From: Candidatus Phosphitivorax anaerolimi
Lineage (GTDB): Bacteria; Desulfobacterota; Desulfomonilia; UBA1062
DNA length: 64,000 bases
Assembly (NCBI GenBank): GCA_001896555.1
Contig: MPOS01000012.1
Span: 81,195 to 145,194, forward strand
Reading direction: 5' to 3'
In this document: one piece after another, positions 45,976-56,074 of the stretch
Layout of the letters: the number at the start of each line of letters is the position of its first letter
Numbering within the stretch: position 1 is the stretch's first letter
Program-made: the position numbers and the translations under genes
The notes under the pieces: model-generated
Told to the model about the DNA's origin: nothing
The model's database searches: none
The model's input: only the letters and a program-made list of their open reading frames with translations

Positions 45976-46851
45976 TTACGAAAGCGCTTCGAGGAAATGG
46001 TCTACCTGAGAGCGCATGTCTCCCAGCTTTTCTGTGAGTTCATCCATCCGTGTCTCCGAAAGGCCCATGGTGGTCATTGCTCCTGTGCTTATTTCGGGAT
46101 TGATGTTGCCGCTACAGCCTATGCAGGCCCGGAGGGCGAGGTAGTCTGCAAGATGCAGGATCATGGTCTGACGAAAGTATTCAAAGGGGCACTTGATCAG
46201 GTCATGATGATAACGGATGGGCATGCAGACGGAATCTGGGAAATTCCACCGCATAAGCAACTGATATCCCACTTCTCCATGGTCGATACCCAGACGTTCT
46301 CTCTCCAGCGAGTGGAGGGGCGCAAGGTCTGCCTGATGGCATTGGAGAACCTCCTGATACTCATCGGGGAGGCATAGATGGAAAACGATCTTCCCGATAT
46401 CATGGAGAAGACCCGTGAGCATGGAGAACCCGTCGACCGGTGCGCGGACACTTTTCGCTGCGAGATTCGCTGCAAGACCCGCCCCGATGTTGTGTTTCCA
46501 GATCCGGTCCTGTTCGACACCCGAGCATTTGCCCTCACTGGAGAGCATGGTGAAGACACCCGAGCAAAGGGCGATGGCAACGATCTCACGAAACCCGGTT
46601 TGGATTATGGCGCTGCTCAGGGAATCGATATCCCCACTGCGACCGAAGCAGGAGGAGTTGGCTATCTTCAGGACCCTGGCCGAGAGAGACCCGTGATGTG
46701 ATAAAAATCGGGCGAGCTCATCGGCGTTCGTGTCACGGCTTCTGGCCATCAGAGCGATCCGGCTGATATCCATAGGCATGCTCAGCATTGCCGAATCCAT
46801 GTTCCGGATGCAATCAGCCACCTTCTCTCTCGTGCTCATCTGACAACTCAT
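45976..46851 (-). CDS. HDOD-domain signalling protein
   Basis: LSARVLKIANSSCFG and TGLLHDIGKIVF match the HDOD pattern. 291 aa. Confidence 0.75.
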   Translation of the reverse strand: MSCQMSTREKVADCIRNMDSAMLSMPMDISRIALMARSRDTNADELARFLSHHGSLSARVLKIANSSCFGRSGDIDSLSSAIIQTGFREIVAIALCSGVFTMLSSEGKCSGVEQDRIWKHNIGAGLAANLAAKSVRAPVDGFSMLTGLLHDIGKIVFHLCLPDEYQEVLQCHQADLAPLHSLERERLGIDHGEVGYQLLMRWNFPDSVCMPIRYHHDLIKCPFEYFRQTMILHLADYLALRACIGCSGNINPEISTGAMTTMGLSETRMDELTEKLGDMRSQVDHFLEALS

Positions 46852-47177
46852 CCTTATCCCTCAATAGCCATGAATCCAAACACCGTCCTTTTCGGGATTG
46901 ATCATACCCTTGTCTCTGTCCCTGCCCGGAAAAGGATCAGGGACAAAGGCTGTTTCGGCCGGCTGCCTTGGATTCTGGATCTCAACCCCTGTGAGGGAAG
47001 CGCTGTATGGCAGAGAATACACCTTTGATGAGATATCCCGGTGCATGACGGATGCTTAAGAATCCGCATATAGTGATTATCGGTAGGCAGGAAGGAAAAT
47101 TGAATACCGCCTTCCCCTAAACAAGAAGGGCCTCTCCCTGCCGGCCGACAGCGCTTCTCTTAAAAGGAGGACCGGCG

Positions 47178-47969
47178 CTAGGTGACCCTGGTCTTTCTGA
47201 TGATGCGGTCGAACAATCCCGGGGCGAACCTCTTGATGTACACCCCCATCAGTTCCTTGCCTCCGATGTACACCTCCGGCTTCCCCTTCTCAACGGCTGC
47301 GATGATCTTCCGAGCGCATGCATCGGGTGGCATGCCGTTTGCCTGTGCTTCGTCCATGGTTCCCTGGGGGCTGCCGTCTCTGGTGAGGGCATTGACGGAG
47401 ATATTGGTCCGGATGAAACCCGGACACACCAGGGTAACCCCGATACCCAGCCCCCACACCTCGGCCCTCAGACTCTCGAAAAACCCGTGCAGGGCGTGCT
47501 TCGACGCGGAATACGCCGATCTCAGCGGGGTGCCGAACCTGCCGACCAGGCTGCTGATGACCACGATACGGCCGGAGCGCCGCTGTGCCATGGAGGGGAG
47601 GACCGCCTTGGTCAGCGCCACGGTGCCGAAGAAATTCGTCTCCATGATCATCCGGTCTACGTCCAGGGGGGTTTCCAAGACGAGGCTTCGCTGGGAAATG
47701 CCCCCGTTGTTGATCAGGATGTCCACATGCCCCATATGTTCGAGAACTTTTGCACATCCCGCTCCAATGCACGGCGCATCCCGCAGATCGAGGGGAACCA
47801 CGAGATGACGGCCGGGCTCCTCGCACCGGCTCCGGACCTCGCTGAGCCTTGCTTCGTCGCGGGAGGAAAGAACCAGGCGGGCTCCCTTTTTGCTGTATGC
47901 GTATGCCAGCGCCTCCCCGATGCCCGACGAGGCACCGGTGATCCAGACCACACAATCGGTATTCTCCAT
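47178..47969 (-). CDS. Short-chain dehydrogenase/reductase (SDR)
   Basis: Cofactor motif VWITGASSGIGEALA, NNGG, and catalytic YSASKHAL. Confidence 0.88.
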   Translation of the reverse strand: MENTDCVVWITGASSGIGEALAYAYSKKGARLVLSSRDEARLSEVRSRCEEPGRHLVVPLDLRDAPCIGAGCAKVLEHMGHVDILINNGGISQRSLVLETPLDVDRMIMETNFFGTVALTKAVLPSMAQRRSGRIVVISSLVGRFGTPLRSAYSASKHALHGFFESLRAEVWGLGIGVTLVCPGFIRTNISVNALTRDGSPQGTMDEAQANGMPPDACARKIIAAVEKGKPEVYIGGKELMGVYIKRFAPGLFDRIIRKTRVT

Positions 47970-48220
47970 AATTACACCCCCTCCTTACACAGAGCCTTTT
48001 CCCGTCGTGCGGCAATCGCGGCCGAAATGGCTCGCGCGCCATTGTCATGCACGGCGCTGTATGAAAAAACGAGCAGTTCATTCGATTCTCAATCGAATAC
48101 AAGCTGCCTCAGACAATCCCGTCTTTTCCTGTTCTTTTTAGGATCGGTCTTCAATGCTCAAGCGTACTGTGAATGGCCTGTTCATACCAGGCCTGCCCCG
48201 CTGCTTGCAGCGGAGATGCT

Positions 48221-48469
48221 CTATTCCTCCTCGTAGATGCCCCGGGAAAGGTCTTCCTGAATCCTCCGGACATCCTCTGCATTGAGGTCTCTGATCTGCT
48301 GCTTGAGCTTCTCGCCCTTATCGACGAGTCCGGCGCCGCTGAGCTCCTTGACGGTTTCTTCCACCTCTCTCTTGGCCTCGCTGCCCTCGCATCCGGTGAA
48401 GATCAGGGCTCCCGCGAGGAAAAAGACCGTGAGGAGCCCTGTTATCGAATGTTTTCCGGTTGCCTTCAT
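48221..48469 (-). CDS. Small lipoprotein (82 aa)
   Basis: The ATG overlaps the upstream stop as ATGA. The lipobox is LIFTGC, followed by a charged helical tail. Confidence 0.55.
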   Translation of the reverse strand: MKATGKHSITGLLTVFFLAGALIFTGCEGSEAKREVEETVKELSGAGLVDKGEKLKQQIRDLNAEDVRRIQEDLSRGIYEEE

Positions 48470-49443
48470 TCCATACTCCTTTTCCGGGATGAGCTGCTGG
48501 CGCATTCACCTGATGGTCTGCCGGAGCCCTTCAGACGGCTCAGTGCCCAGCCAGCGGTCAGTTCCATTACCATGCCTTTGTTCCGGTCCAGGTGGCCGAG
48601 ATGACCGTTGCCCTCGATGATGTGCAGCTCCTTGGGGCAGGTCAGGGCATCGAAGAGCATATGAGCGGTTTGAGGACTGTCAACCCTGTCCTGCGCGCCG
48701 TGGAGCACGAGTGTCGGGACCGTTATCCGGTGAACCCGGGTGAGGGTGTCAACATACACCGATGCCTCAGAGCCGGGGAAGGGGAACGATGACCACATCT
48801 CGACGACCCGGGGATTGCTGCGCCATTGTTCGTTGACCTCGGGATCGTGCGCAGCCTCCACCTTGCCTACCTCGCGGACAAGGGAAACCCTCAGATCCCT
48901 GCCTGTCAGGAAACGCTTGATCCTTCCCAGCGTGGAAAGCAGACCCATGCCGATCCGCTCGGGTACGCTCAAGAGCGGCCTGACAGTCGCATCCAGGGTG
49001 ATCAGGGCCCGTATCCTCGAGTCGACCAGGGCGGCTTCGAGGACGGCCGTGCCGCCCGAGGAAAGGCCGAAGGCGCCCAAGCCCTCCGGGTCGATGGATG
49101 GATGCGCCTGGAGCACATCCATGGCCGCCCGTATATCGGCGATCCATTCGTCCAGGTGGATGTGGTAACGCTCGCCTCCGCTCTCGCCATGGCCGTGCAT
49201 GTCCATGACCAGTGATGCGACGCCGCGTTGGGCAAGATACCCGCAGAGCTCGAAGTAGTTTTCCTTGAAATCCATGTAGCCGTGCGAGATCACCAGCGCG
49301 GGAAACAGGCCCCCATCCCCGGGCAGGAAGAGCACTCCGGCAATCGGCTGGCCCAGCGACTGAAACTCGATCCTCTCCTGTGAGATCCTCACGTTCAAAG
49401 GAAACACCCTCACTCTTTCCCGGGCCGATGGCTGCACGGGCAT
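48466..49443 (-). CDS. Alpha/beta hydrolase
   Basis: ALVISHGY, the nucleophile elbow GAFGLSSGG and LVLHGAQD..GNGHL are present. Confidence 0.78.
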   Translation of the reverse strand: MPVQPSARERVRVFPLNVRISQERIEFQSLGQPIAGVLFLPGDGGLFPALVISHGYMDFKENYFELCGYLAQRGVASLVMDMHGHGESGGERYHIHLDEWIADIRAAMDVLQAHPSIDPEGLGAFGLSSGGTAVLEAALVDSRIRALITLDATVRPLLSVPERIGMGLLSTLGRIKRFLTGRDLRVSLVREVGKVEAAHDPEVNEQWRSNPRVVEMWSSFPFPGSEASVYVDTLTRVHRITVPTLVLHGAQDRVDSPQTAHMLFDALTCPKELHIIEGNGHLGHLDRNKGMVMELTAGWALSRLKGSGRPSGECASSSSRKRSME

Positions 49444-49490
49444 ACCCGCGGCAGCCGGACCCGGTTATATGCAGCCCATGACCATGGGGG

Positions 49491-50822
49491 CTAGATCGCG
49501 GAACTGGACGAAATGTTTGCCTTGTTGGTGGAGTCGAGGTAGGTCTTGATGCTTTCTGCGATGGTCTGCCATGTCCACGTGCGTTTTTTATCGTCCGTCT
49601 CCAGCAGGGTCAGGCGGAAGCCCTGCTTCTTGCAGCAGAATCCTGTCAGGGGAACCACACAGATACCGGTGGCGCCCAGGAGATAGTACACGAAGCGCTT
49701 GTCCGGCTCCACGCCCTTGACCTTGTCTTCGATGAACCTGCGGATTCTGGTGTCCGGGATTGGGAGGCTCTGCCGGTCGTTCAGCACGTGGTCCTCGAAG
49801 AGCACGGTCATGTAGAAGGCGCCCTGAGGCTTGTTGACCACCACGCCCGGGACATCAGAGAAGAATTTCCACGCCTCCTCGGCACGCTGTGCGTATATTG
49901 TCCGCCTCCGCTCGAGGTGTTCAGGGTATCTGGGGTCTCCCAGGATGCGAGGTATGGCGTATTGAGGAAGGCTCGTGGAACAGACCTCGAGCATCTTGGC
50001 GTTTATCAGGCTCTTGACATAGCGCTTGAAGTTGAGCTTGTCCTGATTGAACACCTCGATCCACCCGCATCGGGACCCGGGCCACGGCACTTCCTTGGAG
50101 ATGCCGCGCAGGGCCATGCCCGGGATCTCCTCGATCACCTCGCTCAAGTGAGCGGTCTTGTGGGTGTCGTAGACCAGATTGCTGTATATCTCATCGCAGA
50201 TCATGAACACCCGGTACCGCCGGGCGATATCCACCATCTGCTCGAGTATCTCCCGGGGGTATACCGCGCCGGTGGGATTGTCGGGATTGATGATGAGGAT
50301 GCCCGCGATGGAGTCGTTGTATCTGATCTTCTTCTCGAGATCGTCCAGGTCGGGAATCCAGTTGTTTTTCGGGTCCAGTTCGTAGGTGAGGTGCTCGTAG
50401 CCCGAATGGGCTGCCTCGGCGGAAGAATGGGTCGAGTAGGCCGGGGAGGGCCCGATGACCCGCGACTCCCGTTTCATGAAGTTGAACACCTTTGCAACGG
50501 CATCGCCCAGGCCGTTGAAGAACACGATGTCGTCTCTGGTGATCTGATAGCCGCCGCGCTTGTTTACCTCCTGTGCGAGGAACTCCCGTGTTTCCGGAAC
50601 GCCCTGGGTGGCAACATATCCATAGGTCCTGTCGTCCGATACAAGGTCGATGACGATGTCCTTGATCCACTGGGGGAGCTTCTCGCCCTTCTGAATGGGA
50701 TCGCCGATGTTCTCCCAAGTGATCTGGACTCCGTATTTTCTCAACACATCCGCTACAGCGACGATTTCACGGATCTCATACGTCAGCTGTTCTGATCCTT
50801 CATGAACAATGTCTCTTCTCAT
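49491..50822 (-). CDS. Class I/II PLP-dependent aminotransferase (AlaA-like)
   Basis: The start was placed at Met25 of the track ORF (MRRDIVHEGSEQLTYEIREIV). Blocks are ILIINPDNPTGAVY, the PLP-Lys block GISKEVPWPGSRCGW, and LTGFCC. Confidence 0.82.
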   Translation of the reverse strand: MRRDIVHEGSEQLTYEIREIVAVADVLRKYGVQITWENIGDPIQKGEKLPQWIKDIVIDLVSDDRTYGYVATQGVPETREFLAQEVNKRGGYQITRDDIVFFNGLGDAVAKVFNFMKRESRVIGPSPAYSTHSSAEAAHSGYEHLTYELDPKNNWIPDLDDLEKKIRYNDSIAGILIINPDNPTGAVYPREILEQMVDIARRYRVFMICDEIYSNLVYDTHKTAHLSEVIEEIPGMALRGISKEVPWPGSRCGWIEVFNQDKLNFKRYVKSLINAKMLEVCSTSLPQYAIPRILGDPRYPEHLERRRTIYAQRAEEAWKFFSDVPGVVVNKPQGAFYMTVLFEDHVLNDRQSLPIPDTRIRRFIEDKVKGVEPDKRFVYYLLGATGICVVPLTGFCCKKQGFRLTLLETDDKKRTWTWQTIAESIKTYLDSTNKANISSSSAI

Positions 50823-50959
50823 GCCCACTACCTCTAGTAGTATATCTCTTCCACAATGGAACAGATTAATAGTGAAAACGTAAACCAAATGCAAATTCTT
50901 TCTTGCTTTGTTTCAGATGGGGGCAGGGATGATGCCTGTGTTGCCACGGCCTTGCAGCC

Positions 50960-52441
50960 TCACTTGCGGGCGCGTGCGATCAGTGTGTTGGGCAGCACGA
51001 TGAGATTCTCTGAGGAGGGCTTCTCTTCTCCGGGATTGGGCTCGATCGGCCCTTCATTGCCGTGATCTCCCAGCCAGAGCTCCATTTTGAGGAAGACATC
51101 CACACAGTCGGGACAGAGCTGGCTCCCGCTCACACTCTCGATGATCTGGAGGGCCTTGTCCCTGTCCATGCCCTTGCGATAGGGGCGGTCGCTCGTGAGC
51201 GCGTGATAGGTATCGCCCACGGCGGTGATTCTGGCCCACAGGGGGATATCCTCGCCTTTGAGCCCTTCAGGATATCCATTGCCGTCGAAACGCTCGTGGT
51301 GATGGAGCACGATGGGGAGGATCTTGGCGAGGCTCGGCACCGGCCTGAGGATGTCGGCGCCGATCACCGGATGGCGTTTGATGATAGCGAATTCCTCGTC
51401 GCTGAGCTTGCCGGGTTTGAGCAGCACGCTGTCCAATACACCGATCTTTCCCAGGTCGTGCAGCTTGCCGCCGAGCTTTACGAGGTCGATCTCCTCCTGG
51501 CTCATGCCCATTTCCATGGCGATCCTGGTGGCGATGTACGACACCGCCTCCGAGTGCCCCCTGGTATAGGAATCGCGGGCCTCCAGCGCGCAGCATAGCG
51601 AAGTGATGCTCGCCAAAATGAGCTTCTGCTCCGTCTCCAGACGCTCCTTCTCCTTGTGGAGGATGAGCAGCTTGTCGGAAAGCAGCTTCTCCACGGTTAT
51701 GACCAGCTGGTCGATGTTGAAGGGTTTCACCAGATAGGCATCGGCTCCGAGCTGGAGCATGCGGCGCATGATGGGGCGGTCGTCGTTGGCGCTCATGACC
51801 ACGAAGGGGATGGTGCTGAGCTGGGGATCGGCGTGCACGGCCTGGCAGAACTCCTCACCGTTCATCTCGGGCATGTCGATGTCGCTGAGAATGAGGTCAG
51901 GATGCTCGTGCTTGAGGACATCGAGGGCGAGCCTGCCGTTTTCCGCCTTCACCACCTCGAAACCCACCTCCTTGAGGCCCTTTTCCACCAGGGTCCTCAC
52001 CGTGGAAGAGTCGTCTACCACGAGGATGGTCCTTCCCCGCTGGAAGGTCGTTTTCTGGAGCACGGTCTCGATGGTTTCGATCAGGGATTCCTTGGCCTGA
52101 GCCTTGGTGATGTAGGTGGATGCACCGGCCTTGTAGCCTTTTTTGATGTCTTCTTCGCTGTCCAGAGAGCTCAGGATGACAATGGGTGTCTGCTGGGTCC
52201 GGGGATTGGTTTTCAACCGTCTGCAGAGCTCGATCCCGTCCATGCAGGGCATCTCCACATCGGTGATGATCAGGTCGAACTCCTTGCACAGCGCGATATC
52301 GAGCGCCTGCTGCCCGTTCTCCGCCTGGGTCACCTCAACGCCGGATCGCAGGAGTTCCTTGGCGAGGACGCTCCTGACCACTGCAGAATCGTCCACGATG
52401 AGAATCCGCAATTCTTTGAGAAAGGTCGGCGTATTTGTCAT
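50960..52441 (-). CDS. Response regulator with two receiver domains and an HD-GYP phosphodiesterase domain
   Basis: REC1 has ILIVDDSAVV..DLIITDVEMP and REC2 has ILVVDDSSTV..DLILSDIDMP. HD-GYP blocks are GHSEAV, LHDLGKIG and HHHERFDGNGYP. Confidence 0.88.
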   Translation of the reverse strand: MTNTPTFLKELRILIVDDSAVVRSVLAKELLRSGVEVTQAENGQQALDIALCKEFDLIITDVEMPCMDGIELCRRLKTNPRTQQTPIVILSSLDSEEDIKKGYKAGASTYITKAQAKESLIETIETVLQKTTFQRGRTILVVDDSSTVRTLVEKGLKEVGFEVVKAENGRLALDVLKHEHPDLILSDIDMPEMNGEEFCQAVHADPQLSTIPFVVMSANDDRPIMRRMLQLGADAYLVKPFNIDQLVITVEKLLSDKLLILHKEKERLETEQKLILASITSLCCALEARDSYTRGHSEAVSYIATRIAMEMGMSQEEIDLVKLGGKLHDLGKIGVLDSVLLKPGKLSDEEFAIIKRHPVIGADILRPVPSLAKILPIVLHHHERFDGNGYPEGLKGEDIPLWARITAVGDTYHALTSDRPYRKGMDRDKALQIIESVSGSQLCPDCVDVFLKMELWLGDHGNEGPIEPNPGEEKPSSENLIVLPNTLIARARK

Positions 52442-52639
52442 TCCTGCGGCTCAGTCCTCACGTTTCGGCACTATCATACATATCCACTCATCGTCTCTTG
52501 GTGGAAAAAAGATAAATCCCTCCCCTTCATCGTGCCTTATCGGGCTGATGATGTTTTATTATGAGCACAAGGATTTTTTAAGCAGCAGGGGCACACCCCT
52601 TGACCTGCTCGTGCGGGAGGCCGGGTTTATATGCGGAGA

Positions 52640-53746
52640 TCAGCCGGGGATGGTCTCGGCGGTTTTCTGCTCTACACTACTTACGGGAGTGGGCCGGGTG
52701 AGGCTGCTGGTCCAGGCCTTGTGTACCGCATGAACAAGCGTGGCCAGGGGCACCGCAAAGATGAGCCCCCAGACGCCCCAGAGACCGCCGAAGAAGAGCA
52801 GGGACACGATGATGGCCACCGGATGCAGGTTGACCGCCTCGGAAAACAGGAGAGGAGCCAGGATGTTGCCGTCAAAGATCTGGATGATGCCGTATGCGAT
52901 AAGAATGTAGGCGAACTGCCAGTCGAGCCCCCACTGGAAAAAGGCGATGAGCGCGACCGGGAATGCCATGATCGTCGACCCGACATAGGGGACGAGGTCG
53001 GCGAGGCCCACGAAAAACGACAGGAACATTGCGAACCTCAGGCCCATGAAGGAGAACACCACGTAACAGATCGCCCAGATGATGACGATCTCCCATATCT
53101 TTCCTCTGACATAGTTGGCAAACTGCTGGTTCACCTCCACCCATACCCTGAGGGTGAGAGCACGCTGCTCCGGCAGGAGTTCCTTGGCCCACTGGAATAT
53201 GAGGTACTTGTCTTTGAGAAAGAAGAACACCAGGAAGGGCACGAGAACCAGATACACCAGCAGGGTAATGATGCTCCGGACCGATGACAGTGAGAAGGAA
53301 AGCACACGCTGGCCCAAATCCGCGATATCCGAACCGATATAGGTGAATATCTGGCTGATGCGATCGTGAGAGAAGAAATCCGGGTACTTTTCCGGGAGCT
53401 TGAGCAACTCCTTCTGCCCCTTCGCCAGCATGACGGGCAGTTCCTGGATGAGCTGGGCGATCTGCCGGGTGATATGAGGGAGCAGCCCGATGAGCAGCAC
53501 GGCGACCAGTGCAATGAAGCAGGTGAACACGATGATCACTGCGGCGTTTCTGGGCAGGCCGAAACGCTGGAGCCAGGAGACCACTCCATCGAGGAGGTAG
53601 GCGATGATGATGGCCACGAAGACAGGCAGCAGCATGTCGCCGAGGAGAACTATGAATACGAGCCCCGCAAGGAGGATGAGGATCAGAATGATTACCTGAG
53701 GGTCGGAGAAATACCGCTTCAGCAGGTCACGGATAAATGTTTTCAT
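52640..53746 (-). CDS. AI-2E family transporter (PerM/UPF0118)
   Basis: 368 aa with about 8 TM segments. GLADLVPYVGS and FFGGLWGVWGLIFAVPL are typical blocks. Confidence 0.8.
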   Translation of the reverse strand: MKTFIRDLLKRYFSDPQVIILILILLAGLVFIVLLGDMLLPVFVAIIIAYLLDGVVSWLQRFGLPRNAAVIIVFTCFIALVAVLLIGLLPHITRQIAQLIQELPVMLAKGQKELLKLPEKYPDFFSHDRISQIFTYIGSDIADLGQRVLSFSLSSVRSIITLLVYLVLVPFLVFFFLKDKYLIFQWAKELLPEQRALTLRVWVEVNQQFANYVRGKIWEIVIIWAICYVVFSFMGLRFAMFLSFFVGLADLVPYVGSTIMAFPVALIAFFQWGLDWQFAYILIAYGIIQIFDGNILAPLLFSEAVNLHPVAIIVSLLFFGGLWGVWGLIFAVPLATLVHAVHKAWTSSLTRPTPVSSVEQKTAETIPG

Positions 53747-53953
53747 GGCACTCTATCCTACCAAGATTTCCTCTTCTGGCAACTGCAAAGTATGTGCTGG
53801 GAGATCATTCATGCAGCTCTTCCCTGTTCTCTGCTCATAGGATTGCATTTCGGAAAGAAGGATGAGGATCTTGAAGATGCGGGTGATCTTGGGAGGGAAG
53901 AGGCTTTCAGGGCGATGAGCCCTGCAAGCCTCTGATTCATACTGCAGACCGGG

Positions 53954-54517
53954 CTACATGCCGAGCATGCCATCCTTGAGGCTTTTCTGGGCCGGCTTGT
54001 CACAGAGCCAGATCCCGAAGAGGGCCTTCTTGAATTCAAGGTCTCCGACAACGGCAATGGGATTGCCGTTCTTGAACACCTCCACCCCTTTTTCGGGGGC
54101 AAAGACGAGATCAAAGGCATCTCCCTCTTTGATGGGCTCATTGAAGACCGCGATAAAGGTCTCGACATCGTCTGCGATGGGCTCTAGGTTGCCGCCTGTG
54201 GAATTATCGAAGCCCTCTCTTGTGGCGGTGATCATCTTCTCGCTGGTGATCAGGCCGGAGATGATGTTGAGCCTGATTGCCATGGGTTCATTGGCAGCTA
54301 TGATGGCCTGAGCGTCCGTGCTCTTCTGGGGGAGGAAAAGGCTGCCGACGTAGAGTTTGAGACCCCACTTGCTCCGTATGCCGGCACCGTTCAGCACCAG
54401 GTCACTGCCGGCGGCGCTGATGGAATCGGGCACGTTTACCTTTGCCACCTCCAGTGCGTATCCTGTGGAAATGAACAGGACCGTTGCCAAAAAAACTCCG
54501 AGCACTTTCTTCAACAT
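53954..54517 (-). CDS. Chalcone-isomerase-like fold protein, secreted
   Basis: A signal peptide is followed by LVLNGAGIRSKWGLKLYVGSLFL and FKKALFGIWLCDKPA, which match bacterial CHI-like proteins. Confidence 0.65.
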   Translation of the reverse strand: MLKKVLGVFLATVLFISTGYALEVAKVNVPDSISAAGSDLVLNGAGIRSKWGLKLYVGSLFLPQKSTDAQAIIAANEPMAIRLNIISGLITSEKMITATREGFDNSTGGNLEPIADDVETFIAVFNEPIKEGDAFDLVFAPEKGVEVFKNGNPIAVVGDLEFKKALFGIWLCDKPAQKSLKDGMLGM

Positions 54518-54647
54518 GATACCCTCCTCACAATTTGATTTTATCTCTGCTTAGTATCTAAGCACGTGTTTTTCCACAATAAACGCATCTCAAAGACATT
54601 ATTCACCATAAACTAGCACGGTTTTTCCAGAAAGTGAAGGCGAGAAT

Positions 54648-55301
54648 TCACGGGAGGATGAGCCCGGGCCGCATGATCTTTTCCAGCCTCTGACGATGTT
54701 CTTCGAACTCTTCGGGCGAAGACGGGCAGGGAACCGGATAGAGGCCGTCAAATCGCAGCGTGACCCGGGCAAAGGGCTTGGGTATCATGAAACGGTCCCA
54801 GCTGTTGAAGTACCACGCCCTGTCGGTCCGGGTGGAAAAAGGCGCGATGACCGCCCCGCCGAGCTGGGCAAGGCGGATGACCCCAGCCTTCACGGTCCCG
54901 GCCGGTCCCCGGGGGCCGTCCACGATATGTGCGGCTACTCTGCTCTGCTTCAGTTTTTCAGCCATCCGGGTCAGCGCGTCGCGCCCGCCCCTCGATGAGG
55001 AGCCGCGCACCACGTCCCATCCGGTTTTCTCGGCTACCCCTGCGATGATCTTGCCGTCAGCACTCCTGGATATCATGAGCGAAGGACGGTAATGACGATA
55101 ATCCCTGAAGTGCCTGATCGCGGAGAAGAACTGCTGATGCCAGCAGCACAGTACCACTGCACCGCCGGAATCGACATGGTCCATCCACTGGCCCTCGTTT
55201 TCCACCTGGAGCCGGAAGGTCCGTGAATATTCCCGGATGAAGCGGTAGAGGAGGGAGATGGTGATGCGGGAGGTCAGGATCTTCTTGAAACCTCTTGACA
55301 T
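54648..55301 (-). CDS. DUF374 / lysophospholipid acyltransferase-like protein
   Basis: ATG 55301 has AAAGGAGG upstream. AVVLCCWHQQFF and SRSADGKIIAGVAEKTGWDVVRGSSSRGGRDAL are present. Confidence 0.7.
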   Translation of the reverse strand: MSRGFKKILTSRITISLLYRFIREYSRTFRLQVENEGQWMDHVDSGGAVVLCCWHQQFFSAIRHFRDYRHYRPSLMISRSADGKIIAGVAEKTGWDVVRGSSSRGGRDALTRMAEKLKQSRVAAHIVDGPRGPAGTVKAGVIRLAQLGGAVIAPFSTRTDRAWYFNSWDRFMIPKPFARVTLRFDGLYPVPCPSSPEEFEEHRQRLEKIMRPGLILP

Positions 55302-55470
55302 GGATGTGAGTCCTCCTTTTTTGGGTATCCTGCTGAGCCGGTGCCCATGCCTTCGCTTCCGGGACATGCCCCCGGTAAATCAAGCGGAGAGGGCAGGGCG
55401 GCACAACCTTTCTCCCCTCCGCTGCACAGGCGCCGGACCGCCGCTAAAGTGCAAGCAGAGCTTCAGTGCC

Positions 55471-55959
55471 TCACTTTCCGCAGCATTTCTTGTACTTCAG
55501 TCCGCTCCCGCAGGGGCAGGGATCGTTCCGGCCGATTTTATCGCCTTCGCGGATCACCTGTTTCTGGGGAACCATGTCGCCGTGATGGAAGAACCACCTG
55601 CCATCCTCTCTGACAAACTCGGCCAGCTCGTGGTGGGCTGTCTTTCTGCCCTTGTAGCGGTAATGAGCGATGAATTCCACCTTGCCTTCGGTGTCTTCCT
55701 CGCCTCCTCCTTCAGTGGATATGATCTGCAAACCGTCCCACTCCGATTTCTCGGCCCAGCGCCTGGTGCTCTTGAGGTCGTAATCGCCCCTCTGGGAGGG
55801 ATGGGTGGATTCCAGGAGGTAATCGAGCTCCGCCTTTACATATGCGGTGTACCGCGAGCGCATCAGCTGCTCCGGCGTACCGGCCTGCCGAGTGCCCTTG
55901 ATCAACGGCTCGCAGCACTGCTCATAATCGAGTTTGGATCCGCAGGGACATATGCTCAT
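55471..55959 (-). CDS. ychJ: YchJ family protein (UPF0225) with SEC-C motifs
   Basis: The N-terminus is [13 protein letters not shown] and the C-terminus is [20 protein letters not shown]. 162 aa. Confidence 0.8.
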   Translation of the reverse strand: MSICPCGSKLDYEQCCEPLIKGTRQAGTPEQLMRSRYTAYVKAELDYLLESTHPSQRGDYDLKSTRRWAEKSEWDGLQIISTEGGGEEDTEGKVEFIAHYRYKGRKTAHHELAEFVREDGRWFFHHGDMVPQKQVIREGDKIGRNDPCPCGSGLKYKKCCGK

Positions 55960-56074
55960 ATCGGTTGCTCCTTTCCTGAGGCGAAATGGAATCTGGGTTT
56001 TGCTTCTGCTTCATGGTGTCTCATCATAATATGCTTGGCCTGTTCTCGGGCGATCTCCTTGAAAGTGCTCTGCC

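Noticed and set aside
47182-47808. 208-aa plus-strand ORF whose GTG lies 10 nt after a perfect AAGGAGG
   Set aside because: It is antisense to an SDR with intact TGxxxGIG and YxxxK motifs, and the product looks non-protein-like. The Shine-Dalgarno match is taken as coincidence.
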